A DNA stretch of 64,000 nucleotides. Source: Lama guanicoe (lineage: Eukaryota). Below the pieces are notes generated by a model that did no database searches, had not been told where the DNA came from, and worked only from the letters and a program-made list of their open reading frames with translations. The stretch spans positions 2,604,335 through 2,668,334 of the forward strand of contig MU057342.1 in NCBI GenBank assembly GCA_013239625.1, given 5' to 3'. Positions 12,164 through 25,419 of the stretch are shown here, piece by piece. Both the position numbers and the translations under genes were made by a program. How positions within the stretch are numbered: position 1 is the stretch's first letter; each line of letters starts with the position of its first letter.

Positions 12164-14876
12164 GAACCTCCAAGAACACGTGTTTGTCTCTTGAATGTCA
12201 AACAGTGATTAAAATTAAATTCTAAAAACAGGCTTTAGAAAGGCCAACTTCATTAACCCATTATAAACTGTAATAAATAAACAAATATCCATCTAAGAGG
12301 GGCAACTCTCTCTTTCTTATATTCTCCAATCATGGAAGATTCTCAGAGTCGTAACAATTCCCAATTACACTGACACAGAAATTACTCGGTCTGACTCGGG
12401 GCACTGGGATGAAGCTCGTTCAGTCGAGCAGCACTGCTCAAATCACACTTACTAGGTGTGATACCCAGACCACCTTACACCTCCAGAGCCCATGACTGAA
12501 GAGTTTCGCTGCAGATCACTGTGCTGAAGAAAGCCAGGGCTATTTCAGAAGAGAGACTGTCAAACACACCACATTTCAAGATGACTTTATGATATTAAAA
12601 TAGAATGAGGTGCAACTCATTATTTTAAAAAGAAATGGGTCAGATCATTAAATGTGATTAAACACATAAAAATCTTCTTACAACTGCTTGACAATCTACT
12701 GATGTAGGCACTTGGAGAAATAAAGAAATACAGAAGATGATATTTACCTTCAAGGAGTTTACAGTCTGGGTGGGATGGGACATAAAGAGAGAATTAACAG
12801 CACAAGAAAGTAGATATGAAGGATGAGAAATGAATAGTCCAGTCAGTGAGAGCTCTGGGAGGTCAGAAAGCAGAGAAACCACAAAAGAACTGTCATCCAG
12901 ACTCCTTAAGAGAAACATTTCTTTTCTGAAAAGCAACAACTCCTGTTTTAAAAATCAGAAGAGGATCCTTTACCTAATCCAATCAAACATGTTTTCTTTA
13001 TTGCAGAGGTTTGCCGAGTAAACACTGTGATATTAAAATGCTTCAGATTCATCCAAACAATGATTAAATGCACTTATTTCTTGATCAGTTTCTGCAGATT
13101 AAACACACACACTTTACATTAATTATTACTGAGCTGGCAGGAAGTACACACCATGCAAGAACCCTGGCTTTCAGAGAAGTGAGGGCAGTGAAATGATACT
13201 CTCTTCCTCACCACACTTCTATTGATCTTCTCCGAGCAATTTCAGAAATGCTGCAAACAAATAATTTATACCCGATAAGAAAAGACAGGCCCCGAGAAGA
13301 TAGGTGATCAGAAAAATGAGAAAATAGCTCTGGCTGGACCATTTTCTATGATGACGGGCAGGCAGCCTCAACAGTTAACCATTTTTCTTGCCTTATCTGA
13401 AGGCTCAATGCCAGTGTTGGAAGATGAGGAGGAGTTAAACTCTTCCTTTCTGCTTGCTGTCAACCCTCAAATTTGCCAGACATGCTACTATTTCATTTCA
13501 CTGAAGTGCTTAGCAGATTGCCATGAAGCTTGGTGGAAACAGAAGCCTCTCTCGGGTTCAGCCAGCGCCTTTCAAGGAAAGGCAGGGCACATTCTCTTTT
13601 CCTGCCTCTTTTCCCTTACAGGGAATCGGCCATCTAGTTTATTTCGGCTTATTTGGACTCGAGAAGGAAACACTTCAGTCTGCAATGAATAACCCCAGAC
13701 AGTTGTAAAGTTAGACCAACTTCTAAAAGGATTCCACGTGGCTTTTCTAAGTACAAACATGATTTCCCAGGTAATTCATGAGTTAATGGTGCCCTGAGTG
13801 ATTTTTAGCTGTCGTAAGCACCATTACTATCTTCTGAAGAATTTAGAGATGTTTCTTTAGAAATGACAGCAGCTGTCAGCTTTACTGCAAAACTTTTCTA
13901 TTAGCAGATGGCCGAATTTCTTTCTTATTTCCAATTATGAAAACATGTCTAGACTTGTTACTTTAGGTTATTGTAAGCATTTGACCTCCAGCATAAGGCA
14001 TGAGAAGAAACAAGCCTGTTTACTTGAGACTTGGTTTATAAATCAGTGAGTTGATTCAGGATCCGGATGACTCCTATTCTGCTGTGTGTTTTTTTTTTTT
14101 TTTAATTCAGGAATGGCATATAATTTAAAATGTCACGAAATGCTAGTAACAGGGCGGAGGTATTTTCCCTGCCCAGTAATTTCGCTCCAATATTGAAGTT
14201 GTAATAGATAAAATAAAAACTACGGTTAATTGGCATTTAAAAATTTTTTCTCCATACCAGACTGTTGGTACAAAAGCCTCTTTTCTACACGTATCTTTGC
14301 ATATCCACATTTGCTTCCTCCATGTAAATTCTGACCTAGTCAATGTCTCAAAAGGAATGCTTTTACTGTGTCTCCATCTGAGTCTTTTTTGGCCGATCAT
14401 CTGCTTAAGATGAAGAGGGAAAAAAGACTTTATGCTATGATAGAACAAACTAGCCTGTACTCTTGTAAATCTGATCTAAAATGAGTGTGTACATCGGACA
14501 GGCAGTCTTGCCTAAAAAAGGAAGTATTCGTCTAAGCTGAATAAAAGGTCACCACGTACAAAATGTTATTTAGACTTTCTGGATTCTAAATAGGAAAAGG
14601 AGAACTACTGTTAGAAAGATGAGCACAAAAGAAAAAAAAATGTTTGCTCAAGGCAAACTGTCTTTGAATAATTGCGCTTAGAATCTCAAAGAACCAGCAT
14701 TACCACTGGCACCAACTGTCTGCCTATGGAGTCTCTCACCTTTCTGCCCAAAACTTCTGTAGAATCTGTTTGAAGAGCAATCCAACATTATACTTTGAAG
14801 AGGTTATTTTCTCAGAAGATCTTGATTTTTTAAATGTTTTCTTTCTTACCCACTTTCTTTGGAAAGTTGAAGAAAG

Positions 14877-14880
<4 letters not shown>

Positions 14881-14910
<30 letters not shown>
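14881..14910. repeat. (CA)15 microsatellite
   Basis: perfect CA run. Confidence 0.95.
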
Positions 14911-14911
<1 letters not shown>

Positions 14912-15074
14912 TCCCTACTGTTCTCCAAATAAATAAAAAATAAGTACAAATACTAAACTGTTAAATTAACTTTAAACTTTACAATTCAGATAAGAAATGT
15001 GTCAAGTTGCAGGCAGCATTTAAGGCCATAAACTGGTTATTATCCTACAGCATTTATAGGGTGCTCTGGGCTCC

Positions 15075-15255
15075 AGTGCCTTGTGACCACTAATTACACA
15101 TTCCTCTGGCTCTCCCAATAGGGAACAGGCATCATTAACCACATTTTACAGGCAAAGAATCGGGAGGTAGGTGATGCGCCTCAGGTTACAGACTAAACAG
15201 AAGGTAGAGAGGGAACGTGATACTTAGTGTCTCAGTCCAAGCAAATATTCTGTGG
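15075..15255 (-). mobile_element. MIR fragment
   Basis: caggcatcattaaccacattttacaggcaaagaatc...gtgatgcgcctcaggttacagact. Confidence 0.6.
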
Positions 15256-15361
15256 CCTGTCATCTCAAAATATCAAAGATGTAAATACTGGTGTAGATTC
15301 AGAACTTTCATCTCAACAGTGAGGAAACCAGAAGCCTCACCACCCTTCAGAAGCTGGTCCA

Positions 15362-15547
15362 CAGCAGTGGTTCTTTACGTGCAGCAGAATCCCCTGGAGG
15401 GCTTATGAACACAACAGGCTTCTGAGCCTCACCTCCAGGTTTTTAGATTCAGAAGGCCTGGGATGGGGCCTGAGAGTCTTTATTTCTGAAAAGTTCTTGG
15501 GTGATGCTGATGCTGGTGGTCTGGAGAACTGACTTCTGTGGAACTGA
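15362..15547. mobile_element. MER5A (hAT-Charlie MITE)
   Basis: cagtggttct...cagaatcccctggagggctt...gattcagaaggcctgggatggggcctgagagtctttatttctgaaaagttcttgggtgatgctgatgctggtggtctggagaac. Confidence 0.85.
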
Positions 15548-15769
15548 TCTTCCACCTCACATCTAAGCCCTTCCTCACACACCTCGAACCCTCCCTCCCT
15601 CTCCGTCTCTCCAGGTATTATCTTCAGGTTGACATTCCCCGTCCTGTTGGCCTTGCTTTTCAGTTTCCTCATCCCAGTCTTACTCAGTGTGTCCCATAGA
15701 CAGAAACAAGGCCATGTAACAAGGCTATGTAACAAGGTGAGTAAGACCGTATCACAAGGTTATCAAGGT

Positions 15770-16060
15770 TTTGATATGTATCAGATTCCACTCAAGTCTT
15801 AATACCTCTGTTGCTGCATTTATACAATGGGGGAGAAATAACTACCTGATAGGTTTATTTTAAAGGTTAATTGAGGTAACCCATTAAAGCACTGAATGAA
15901 TGCCTGGCATAGAACAAGAGCTCATTGATACTGACTATTCTTACCATTACATATTTATCCAACAAGCATTTGTTGAACATCTAATATACTTTAGACTCTA
16001 TGAAAGGTAATGAAGATAGAATAAATTCTGATCCAGCTCTCAAAGAGATTAACATCTAAT
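15770..16060. mobile_element. MIR (+) followed by an L2 tail (-)
   Basis: gcatttatacaatggggg...acctgataggtttattttaaaggttaattgagg...tgcctggcatagaacaagagctcatt; then catatttatccaacaagcatttgttgaacatcta. Confidence 0.65.
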
Positions 16061-16329
16061 TTTTGAACTAGATGGGGGCTTCAGAGTCTCCTGTGATATT
16101 ATACTATAAGGACATACTAGGATACATTCATTAGTAGGCAAAAACAAAGCAAAGGAACAACCACAAAAACCTTGTCCTGAATAAAAGTTTATGCAGAAGA
16201 CTGACAGGTAAATACTGAGTTGCTCTAGTTGACCAGGGAAGGAGAAGCACAGGAAGCCCCTCTCCTACACCCTTTTCCTGCTTCTCCCCAGGCTTCTGTG
16301 AGCCCTGCTCTTTTAGAAAACTTCAGAAC

Positions 16330-16615
16330 TAGTCATTCCTCTATCTTTAAAAGTGAGGAAATTAAAAGCTAGAGAGGTGACATACTTGCTAACAGGACAC
16401 AGAGCCAATTGTTGTGGAAAAGATGGGACTGAATTAGAATGAAGTATCACAGAAGCATGTTAGGAGTGACTTTACAGATGAGTTTAGTTGATCTGACTTT
16501 CTCATTTTACAGATATGGATACAGAGGTCTCTGAGCCTATTAAGGAGCAGATCATGGGAATATGACCAAGTCTCCTAACTTCTAATCCACATCTCTTTCT
16601 TCTACAATTCTTCTA
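16330..16615 (-). mobile_element. Two MIR/MIR3 fragments
   Basis: gtgaggaaattaaaagctagagaggtgacatacttgc; ctcattttacagatatggatacagagg. Confidence 0.55.
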
Positions 16616-16859
16616 CCTTTAGTTTCTGCAAACAATATTACAGGAATGGAGCATTCCCCCCAAATGAATCAGGCCTGGGCTCGTCTCCATTCAGTGGTAC
16701 AAGGTAAAGTGTCCCAGGAATGTCTAATGTTTTAGCCCAGTCATAAGTGAGCCGTTAGGGGCGTCTTGCCTCAAAACCCACCCTCCCCATACTGGGGAGA
16801 CCCAACCTAGTAGGGATACATAAGATGTAGATGTCGTGGTTGGCATCAGTAGCTATTAT

Positions 16860-17330
16860 AGAGTAACAAAGTTATGAGAAAACTCTGATCTCAGACAGTG
16901 CTAACAGAATGATAAGGTGACTGTCTGCTTTGGTCAGGTGATCTGGAGTGTTGTGTGTGGTTCTGGGGGCCACACCCTATGATATTATGGAAGGACTGAA
17001 ATGTGTCTGGAGGAGAATGAGTAGAATGAGATGATTCAAAACCTCATCAGGTAAGATATGATTGAAGAAAGCTGGGTTATCGATGTCTCTGGGTGAGCAT
17101 GGTGTATGTCTTCAAATAGCTGAAGGACCGGATGTGGACATGCTCTGTATACTTCAAGAATGCAGAGAAACAGAACTAATGCTAATCTAAGGAAGCACTT
17201 TCTGATGGTCTCCAGTGGCAGCTTCAGGAGGTAGAGCGTTTCCCATCATAGGAGATGTTGAAGCATGGCCAACAGTGCTTCGCAAACAGGAGTGCGTCCA
17301 TCTTCTAAAACTAAGCTGTCCCCGACCTTG
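16860..17330 (+). mobile_element. L3/CR1 LINE fragment
   Basis: tggtcaggtgatctggagtgttgtgtgtggttctggggg...gactgaaatgtgtctggaggagaatgag...gtcttcaaatagctgaagg...tttcccatcataggagatgttgaagca. Confidence 0.7.
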
Positions 17331-18164
17331 ATAGTGTTAACTTGACTTTATTTGCCATAAATAATCTCCTTCTAGAATAAAGCCTTGGGACTCCATACCA
17401 GTGGCTGAAAGACCTACTTCTACGAGCTACAGGACTGTATCCAAATCCCAATAAAGCCGTTTAATAACACACTGCGGTCATACAGAGCTTTCATCTGTGG
17501 AGCTCAGGGCATTTTCATACCAATGATTGCCTTTTATCTTCTCAAGACTCCCACTAGGTAAGGAGGAGGAGCAAGCAAGTTCGATTTTGCCCATTTTACA
17601 GCCAGGGGAGCTTGAGGAGATTTGGTGAAGGCTATTGCATCATGATGGGAATCTGGAATTTGGAATCTTGTTCTTTACCAATTTCTATTTCAATGGGTCA
17701 AGCCACATTCCACCTTTCTACAGGACACGTTCTCTGTTACAAAGCATTTAAAAGCAACAGGAACCAGGGAGTGACTTGGGACTTTCGGTTTCAGGAAAGG
17801 CAGGGACCCACTGGTAGAGACAGGCAGAGCTGATAGGAAGCAGCATGAGAAAAGCCATTTGACCCTTATTAGTGGTGAATTACAAGAGAAAATGGCTTGA
17901 ATTGGGCCTTTCTTTTCATTTTACCTCATTTTCCTCAATTATGTGAAGGGTTGATAGTTCTCTGGCATGGAAGGCAGTTCTAAAAATGGCTTTTACACCA
18001 CATGAAAATATCCAGGATTTAAGAACACCCTGTTCTGTGTTTCTATGAGGTATTTAACACAGTATGTCTTAAATTAGGTTGGCAAATGTCTCTCTGACTA
18101 ACCCTTAAGATCTGTAAAAGAAATGTTAAATCTTCCTTGTCCTTGTGTCAAGAAGTATAGAAGA

Positions 18165-18390
18165 GGGGGTACAAGCACAGTCTCTGAAACTATATTCCCT
18201 AGGTTCAAATCCCACCTCTGTCACCCATATGCTGTGTGACTTTGGGTCAGTCAGTCCACTGCTCTGTGCCTGGTTTCCTCATTCATAAAATGGGAATCAT
18301 TACAGCATCTCTTCCCTCACAGGAGAGCTGTGGGGAATAATTCAATGAATCCACAAGTGCCGGGCCTCTGGTACGTGCTTGAAGCGTCAG
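18165..18390 (+). mobile_element. MIR SINE, near full length
   Basis: ctaggttcaaatcccacctctgtcacc...gctgtgtgactttggg...ctctgtgcctggtttcctcattcataaaatgggaat. Confidence 0.85.
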
Positions 18391-21055
18391 CCTCCATTGT
18401 CACTGCCCTGTCCATCTACCACAGAGCACAGCATGTCCTCACCTTGGTGGTCACAATCAATCCACTCCCCAGTCACCTGCCTTAATTTTGGGCTGTCTAC
18501 ACCAGAGGGCAATATTAGGAAAGCAGACATAAATCAAATGCACAGACAACCCAGAAATTTCCTTTCTGCAAATAAAAAAAAATCCCTACTGTTCTCCACC
18601 AAGGAAGCTTTGTACCAGAACTGTTAACGATCTGTAAAGATCCTCCCTAGGCTGTCTGTTTTGTAGAAGAGATAACGGTGTTTTAAAGAAATGTCATTCT
18701 AAAGCAAGTTTTAAAAGAACCCACTTTCTTCCCTGAGGGAGAAATTTACCTAATTGCTCCCAGCATTGGGTCTAATTTGAAGTGATTTAGATTCTGGTGT
18801 TTGAGAACAAGTAAAGATGGGGCCAGTGTGGTCTCTATGGTTGCAGCAGATGTGCCCCTGCAGACAGGATGCGAGGGGCAGGAAAGAGGTTAGACACTAG
18901 GAGGCTGGAGGGAGAGGACCAGATGATGACCATGAGACAGAACAAGGTCTTCCAAAGCCTGGAAGGGGAAACTCAGAGAGCAACTCGGAGGAACGAGAAA
19001 GAGAGCCTCTGAGAAGGACAGAACCCAGGGAAATGCACACTGAGGTGTGGCGAGACAGCTGGGTAATGGGTTAGTATCTGGGAACTGCAGTTAGTATTGC
19101 TATCCCAAGTAGGGTCTGGGGTCCAACTGACTGTTAGATGTCAGTAAAGAAAGTCACAGGATCCTAGAAGTTGCTCTGTTGGTTTTGATGTTTCTTTAAT
19201 ATTCACTTGGCTTTAGCTTTTTCAAGAAAGAGAATTTTCTGCACAAAGTGTACAGTCACAAACCTGTGGGGATGCTCACCAAAAGCCTCACTGGCAAACC
19301 TTTGAGAGGATGCTCTTGTTGCTCAGAACCGCAGGGCCCTGTCATCCCTGATTAGCAGCATGTCTAAACCACATGGGAGGGCAATGACAAATGAGTATCT
19401 TTCTGGAGGCAGAAAGTGCAAAACTCAGAAGCCACAGCTGGGTGGCTATGAGGCTCCAGTCTCCAGTGTGTAAGGTTTGGTGATTGGTGCGGTGGTGAAG
19501 AACCCCACAGCTGATCTGACGGGTGAGAAGTGGTTCCATGCAGCTCTATGACTTTCTGACTATCATACGCTGGGCAAATGATACAACTTTGCTAAACCTC
19601 CATTACTTCCTCTTTAATAGAGAAATCTATAGGACCTGCCCTCTAGGGACCTGGGAGGGTTCAGTGAACCCAGTTCCTCATTCAATATTGATGCTCATCA
19701 TCCTACTCATCAATCGTCTACTTTATTCTCTAGTGGAGAGTCACAAAAAACACAGAAGTGACTGAAAGATAGGGGCAGGGAGGGCAGAGAAAGGGGAGGG
19801 GAAGGAGGGGAGGCTGCACAAAGGAACTGGGCATTGCAACACTGGCTCATTCACCCTGAGAAAGCAAGATGTGACAACGGGTTTGGTGCCACTCGGTTCC
19901 AGAGTAAACAAATGCCCAGATGAGCCACGGTCCTGGAAGAAAACCCCAACACTGCAATGCTGTGAACAGATGCCTTCCAGCCCTCATAGGGACCAGGGAG
20001 AAATGCCGGAAATAAAGTCATTTTGTGCAAATGCAAACGAACTGAAAGCCTCTAACAGAGCATGACAATCTGCAACTGTAGGTTTTTCCAAAGAGCTCCT
20101 GGAGTTTCTCAGAAGTAAGCATCTTATAGCTTAAGTTGAAATCAACTATTTTGGTGGTTCTGTTATATCTGAATTGTGTCCACGAGGATGTTAAACTAGA
20201 GGATGTGTGTGAAGGCATCATCCACCATGCCTGGCACTGGAGAGTACGAAGACCACCTTCGTGCTAGTATAAAAGCCGCTGATAGGATTTCTGCACCGAT
20301 GGGAGAGTGCTGTGCTGGCTTCCACCTGCACCCTTTCTCTCCTCCTTACCTCAACTCAACCTCCGCTCAGAGCCCAGCACTTAACACTACCCACGTTATT
20401 TATCTACTAAAGGTAGGCTAAGAACTGAGGCTTGAATCCTTGGGATTTTATGGTGATGCCATTAAAATGTTTTACGCACAGAGACCTATGCACAACTCCT
20501 GAGAAGTACATAAGACTTTACGGCACCGAATGGCTTTTAAATTTGCAGATTTCACACAGGCAGTTCCCTAAACTATTTCGTTGCTCCAGGAACATCCGAC
20601 TTCCCCTCCTTACAGCTCCTGTCAGTCTAACCCTCTTCCATGTATGTAGGAGGAATGGCAGCCCCACAATTAGGCAAAGCATGGAGAACATGCCAGCTTG
20701 TGGCAGATACGACTTTGGGACTGTATTAAGGGGACAGGGGCTTTGCAGGAGCTGTGGGCACCTCTACACAGCCCTGCTAGCTGCAGGAGTCAGGCAAAAC
20801 AAATTTACGAGGAAGTGAAATTTCTCCTTTCTATATCTGAGATGAGATTCTTCTCTGTTATTAGGCCCAAACTATTATGTTAACAGCTTTCATCGAAAGG
20901 TAAGAGTTCTTTGCTACCATACTGAATCTGCTAAATTATTAGAATCATAAATTACCTACAGGATGGGTCAGTGAACTGTGCAAGTTTCTTGGCTTAATCA
21001 ATTTGCAAGTGCCAAAAAACAGAACAAACAAAAAACTGCTGTAAAGTTATCAGGA

Positions 21056-21091
21056 AAAAAAAAAAGAGAGAGAGAGAGAGAAAGAGAGAGA
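21056..21091. repeat. poly(A)-(GA)n compound repeat
   Basis: aaaaaaaaaagagagagagagagagaaagagagaga. Confidence 0.9.
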
Positions 21092-21149
21092 CTTCAAATG
21101 GCCAGGGAGCTACCCTGGGCACAAAGAGCATGTGATGCAGTGTCTGTCT

Positions 21150-21845
21150 CAGGGTTCTGATCTTGCCCTTTTCTCTTCTCACCACACATCTCCCAGGATG
21201 GTCTTTATCCACCCCATTGGCTGCTGTGAATTCCACATGTGTCTCTAACCTAGACCTCTCCACTTTACTCCAGGACAGGACAGAGCAAACTTATCCTGGA
21301 AAAGACTGGAAAGAAAATATTTTAGGTTTTCTGTGCCACGTGGCCTCTGGTCTCTGATGCACCTATTCAACCCTGCCCTTATAGGGTGAAAGCAGCCACA
21401 GACAGTGTAAACCAATGTGCGTGGCTGTGTGCCAGTAAAACTTTATTTGCAAAAACAGAGAAGGCAGAATTTGGCTGGTGCAGCCATTAATGTGCTGACC
21501 CCTGCTCTCAACCCAGCTGTCCACTAGCTAGACATTTCCACTTGCAGATTCCACAGCTGCCTCGAAACTCAGTTTCAAGCTAGACACATTCTTTTACCTC
21601 TAGTTAGCCATAAACACACCACCAACACTCATGTGGCCAGGCTAACACTGGAGCATCATCCACATTTCCTACCCTAAGATCACAAATCCAGGCAGAAAGC
21701 CCATTAACTCTAACTTTTAATACATCTCATATGTCCCACTCCAATTATGTGTTCCTTGAGTCCCTGACCATGCATTCCTACTGTCTACTCTAGTGTCTAG
21801 CACATGGAAGGGGCTCCCCAAAATGTCTACTGAATCAGTTAATGA
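21150..21845 (+). mobile_element. L2 fragment split by MER58A
   Basis: ccttttctcttctcaccacacatctcccaggatggtctttatccacccc...tctctaacctagacctctc before the MITE and ccagctgtccactagctagacatttccacttg after; tail tctagcacatggaaggggctcc...tgaatcagttaatgaa. Confidence 0.7.
21276..21504 (+). mobile_element. MER58A (hAT-Charlie)
   Basis: aatattttaggtttt...gtgaaagcagccacagaca...gtgcgtggctgtgtgccagtaaaactttattt...gctgacccctg (TIR). Confidence 0.85.
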
Positions 21846-21861
21846 ACTGTTATAATGACTA

Positions 21862-22030
21862 TAGGGCGGTGCTTCTTAAACATCAATGCGTATATGTATC
21901 ACCTGGCAACTTCATTCTGCAGATTTTGATTGAGTAGGTCTAGAGTGGGGGCTGAGGTTCGGCATCTCCGTCATACTCTCAGGATGCTGAATACTGCTGG
22001 TCCACCAACCACATTTTGAGTAGTAAGAAT
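21862..22030. mobile_element. MER5A/MER5B (hAT-Charlie)
   Basis: gcttcttaaacatcaatgcgtat...atcacctgg...gcagattttgattgagtaggtctagagtgggggctgagg...ctgctggtccaccaaccacattttgagtag. Confidence 0.8.
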
Positions 22031-22639
22031 CTGGGAAATACTCTTTGGTCCCAAAGTGGCATATACTTAATGATTTCTTCCCCAATTTTGGTGTATATGT
22101 TGATTTCTTTCCATGGTCATTTCATTAAATCATTACTTGAATCTATTCAACACTCCAGAGATATTAATAAAATGTTTATGGCACCAAATGACTTCTAAAT
22201 TTGCAGAGTTTATACACATTTCCATTTCTATGCTTCAGACTATTTGCTATTTCAATTACTTCCTTCATCCCTATTTACTCCTATCCCTTGGTGCCCACTT
22301 AATTTAATTTAAACATAACTGTTCTCACTGTCTGGGTAGTGATTTTTCTACAGATGATCTGCCAATGCAAGGCTTTCTTATCAAGATGTGTTACTTATCA
22401 TGATGGTGCAAATGTCTTAAACAAATTATTATTGTTTAGAAATTCAAAAGAGCAGCCTGCTTTCCCAGAACTCCAGTACAATGAACAAATCGAAACCTAT
22501 TTTTGGGCTACCTACACCCCCTTTTTATAGCAACAAAACACTTTATCAGCAGAGCAAATAAGTGCTTCCAGAGCTCCAGGGACCACATGATTCTCCACTC
22601 TTTCAACCTCCCCTAATATCCCCGTCTCCCCTACAAATC

Positions 22640-22676
22640 AAAAAAAAAAAAAGAGAGAGAGAGAGAGAGAAGAGAA
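22640..22676. repeat. poly(A)-(GA)n compound repeat
   Basis: aaaaaaaaaaaaagagagagagagagagagaagagaa. Confidence 0.9.
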
Positions 22677-23193
22677 TATACCAAGATTACCTGGAGGAAC
22701 TTCATACTCCATGAAAGCTGAGCTATTTGCTTTGTCAGGTTAAATTTATAATCCCAACATTGTGGCAAAAATCACATTTCTTTGTATAAGTACAGTAAGA
22801 TTAGCTATCGCACTGGGGGCAGCAGTTCTGATCACATTCAGTGATGCCTGGAAACTGGCTTTTAGCACAAAGATGCCACAGATCCATAATATGTAGGCTA
22901 GCCTACACCAGGTAATCTCAGCATTTTGGACAACTCTATCTCCTCTGACAATTTCTAACGATGTTGAATTGTGTCATTAAATTGGTGTTATAGTGAATAT
23001 GGGATTCTAACTAGACTTTTTTCATTACTAAATTGTAGTAAAATGCAGTATAATGAACACATACTATATAAATGGCTCTCTTCCTATGTTTATTTCCAAT
23101 GAAAAGAACCAAATTACCTTACCTGAAATTATAGCAGAAAATGATTATGAAAGTATGGCAGTTTTATAACTGATAAACGACTTAAAATACCTG

Positions 23194-23546
23194 TGTCTTA
23201 GTCTGTTCAGGTGGCTGTAAGAAAATACCACAGACTGGGTGGCTTATAAACAACAGAAATGTATTTTTCACAATTCTGGGGGCTGGAGATCCCAGACCAG
23301 GGTGCCAGTACGGTCGGGTGAGATACGGACTTCTTGTTGTACCTTCATGTGATGGAAGGTGCTGTGGAGCTAGCCCCACTGCTAGGGACCATGGGATCTC
23401 TTTTTTAAGGGCATTAAGTCTAGTCATGAGGGCTCCACCCTCATGACTTCATTATTTCCCCAAAGCCCCACCTCCTAATGTCATCACATTGATGTTAGGA
23501 TTTCAACATATGAATTTTGTGGGGACACAAACATTCGGACATGGCA
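23194..23546 (-). mobile_element. MLT1A-type MaLR solo LTR with intact 5-bp TSD
   Basis: tgtcttagtctgttcaggtggctgtaagaaaataccacagactgggtggcttataaacaacagaaat...ttaggatttcaacatatgaattttgtggggacacaaacattcggacatggca; ACCTG at 23189-23193 and 23547-23551. Confidence 0.92.
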
Positions 23547-24039
23547 ACCTGATTTCATTATGTATCACAGATATGACAAACATTCCTATTTATCCAAAAA
23601 TCTAAATGACCAGGAAGCTCCAATAAAATGTGTTCCATAGTAACTGGTTTTCACATTGACAACTCTGAGGAACTGAAAGATCTCCTCGGGTCTTCTAAAT
23701 CATTCAAGAAACATTAATACTTACAGAATTCTAGAGCTGACAGAGATTTGGAGCTCATGTTCAAAATGCACATCTGACAGCTGTGGACTGGGTCCAGAGG
23801 AGGAATAACTTGCCCATGAATGAAAGCAAGGCCTGGAACCCAGTTTTCTCACACCCCCACAAATGGCCTTTGCACAATATGGATTGAATGGTGGTGTTAA
23901 ATACCGTAATCTTTTTTGTGCACAGATTTTTAGAAATTTTATAATTCATTTATGGTCCACTCTATCTAAAACTTCAACACCCAGCAGGATGTTTCAGAAA
24001 CACTTCCTACTTTATCTCTCCTCTTTGGCATTCTCACAG

Positions 24040-24180
24040 TTTTTCTTTTTAATTATCTGTCTCTGCCATCAGAAGGTAAGATTCCTAAAGACAAAGATTT
24101 TTATCTCTCAGTAGCTGCTATATTACCTAGCATAGTGACTAGCAAAAAGTGAGAGGTCAATAGATTTATTGAATAAAAAA
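24040..24180 (+). mobile_element. L2 3' end
   Basis: ctgtctctgccatcagaaggtaagattcctaaagacaaag...acctagcatagtgactagca...aggtcaatagatttattgaat. Confidence 0.65.
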
Positions 24181-25419
24181 AATCATATATGATAACCTTC
24201 AAACATATCACTGCATTATCAGAATACCTCCTTTTCATGTCATCTATTTGACATTTTTCCAGAACCTCTGATGTGCCAGGCATTTGACGAGGCTGAGGTG
24301 AACCTCAGAGTAATAGGTTTATTTTATTCATTCAGGGAGCTTAATTTAAGGCGATCCTATTATTGTAACCTCCTAATGCAATGTCATCGCTTATCAGCTT
24401 AATTCTGCAGACTCTACCTAGACATGGCTCCCTGAAGAAATTATTTTCACCTTCAGCCTGAAGTTAGGACTCTTAGGATTCAGCAATCGGCTTTCTAGGA
24501 TCATACGGGAGGGAAATTGCCATCTTTGTGCTGGCCTGCCAGTGCTGAGAAAGCTAGATCAGATCAAAATAAGCATGCCTGGCTAGGCGATTTTGACACA
24601 TTCTCTCAGATATTCCCATCACAAAGTAAAGCATTTCATAACTAGGGGAAGAGCCTGCAATTAGAAGCATACGTGGTATCAGGTCTCTCATATCCTGTAC
24701 TTGTTTTTGAGGTGATCAAAAAAGCAGAAATAAATATACGGCTTTGTTTTCCAGGAATATGATAAAAATCATAATTTTATACAAATCCAGGAAATTGTAC
24801 ATTTTCACAATTGAAGGCTAAATTACAATCAGGTTGACTCTTTCATATTGAGAATGCTAGTGTTTAAAAGCGGAATTAGCTTGGAGGGGTTTGGTACTTA
24901 GTACTCTCTTGTCTGTAAAAGTCACAATGTTGATTTAATCAAGTGATGCTTTATGGACAGGATGCCTGGAATTATTCCATCTCAGAACAGGTTATAAGAA
25001 TTCAGAAAATAAAGGGCTGCAGAGTCTTAATTATTCATTCTTCAATACAAGTGCAGGTAATTAAAAAAAAATTGCTTCTATTCGGCTTTAGATTCCCACC
25101 TACCCTTCTCAGTTCACCGTAAGTGGTTATCTCAAAAGCTCTACCTCGCACCTAACGTGAACCTGCACTTCCTGGAATTTTCATTCAATTAATATTCTGC
25201 GCATGTCTCAACTCCTGGACCACACCGACATCTCCCTGGGGACAAGAACCATGCTGTATATATCCATGCTGTATATATCTTCATAGCCTTCTTGGCTCTC
25301 AGTTCAGGTATACTGTATATACTAATTACTGAGAAATACTGGTTAAGAGTGAATTATTTGAATTGTTGGTGATGGTGGTGTAACTTTCCAATTCGTTTTC
25401 CCAAGTCAGTATCTTAAAA

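Noticed and set aside
14336-14403. Minus-strand exon-like segment with tandem acceptor (65/68 nt)
   Set aside because: Weaker donor (TAG|GTCAGA), not frame-preserving, peptide not recognised.
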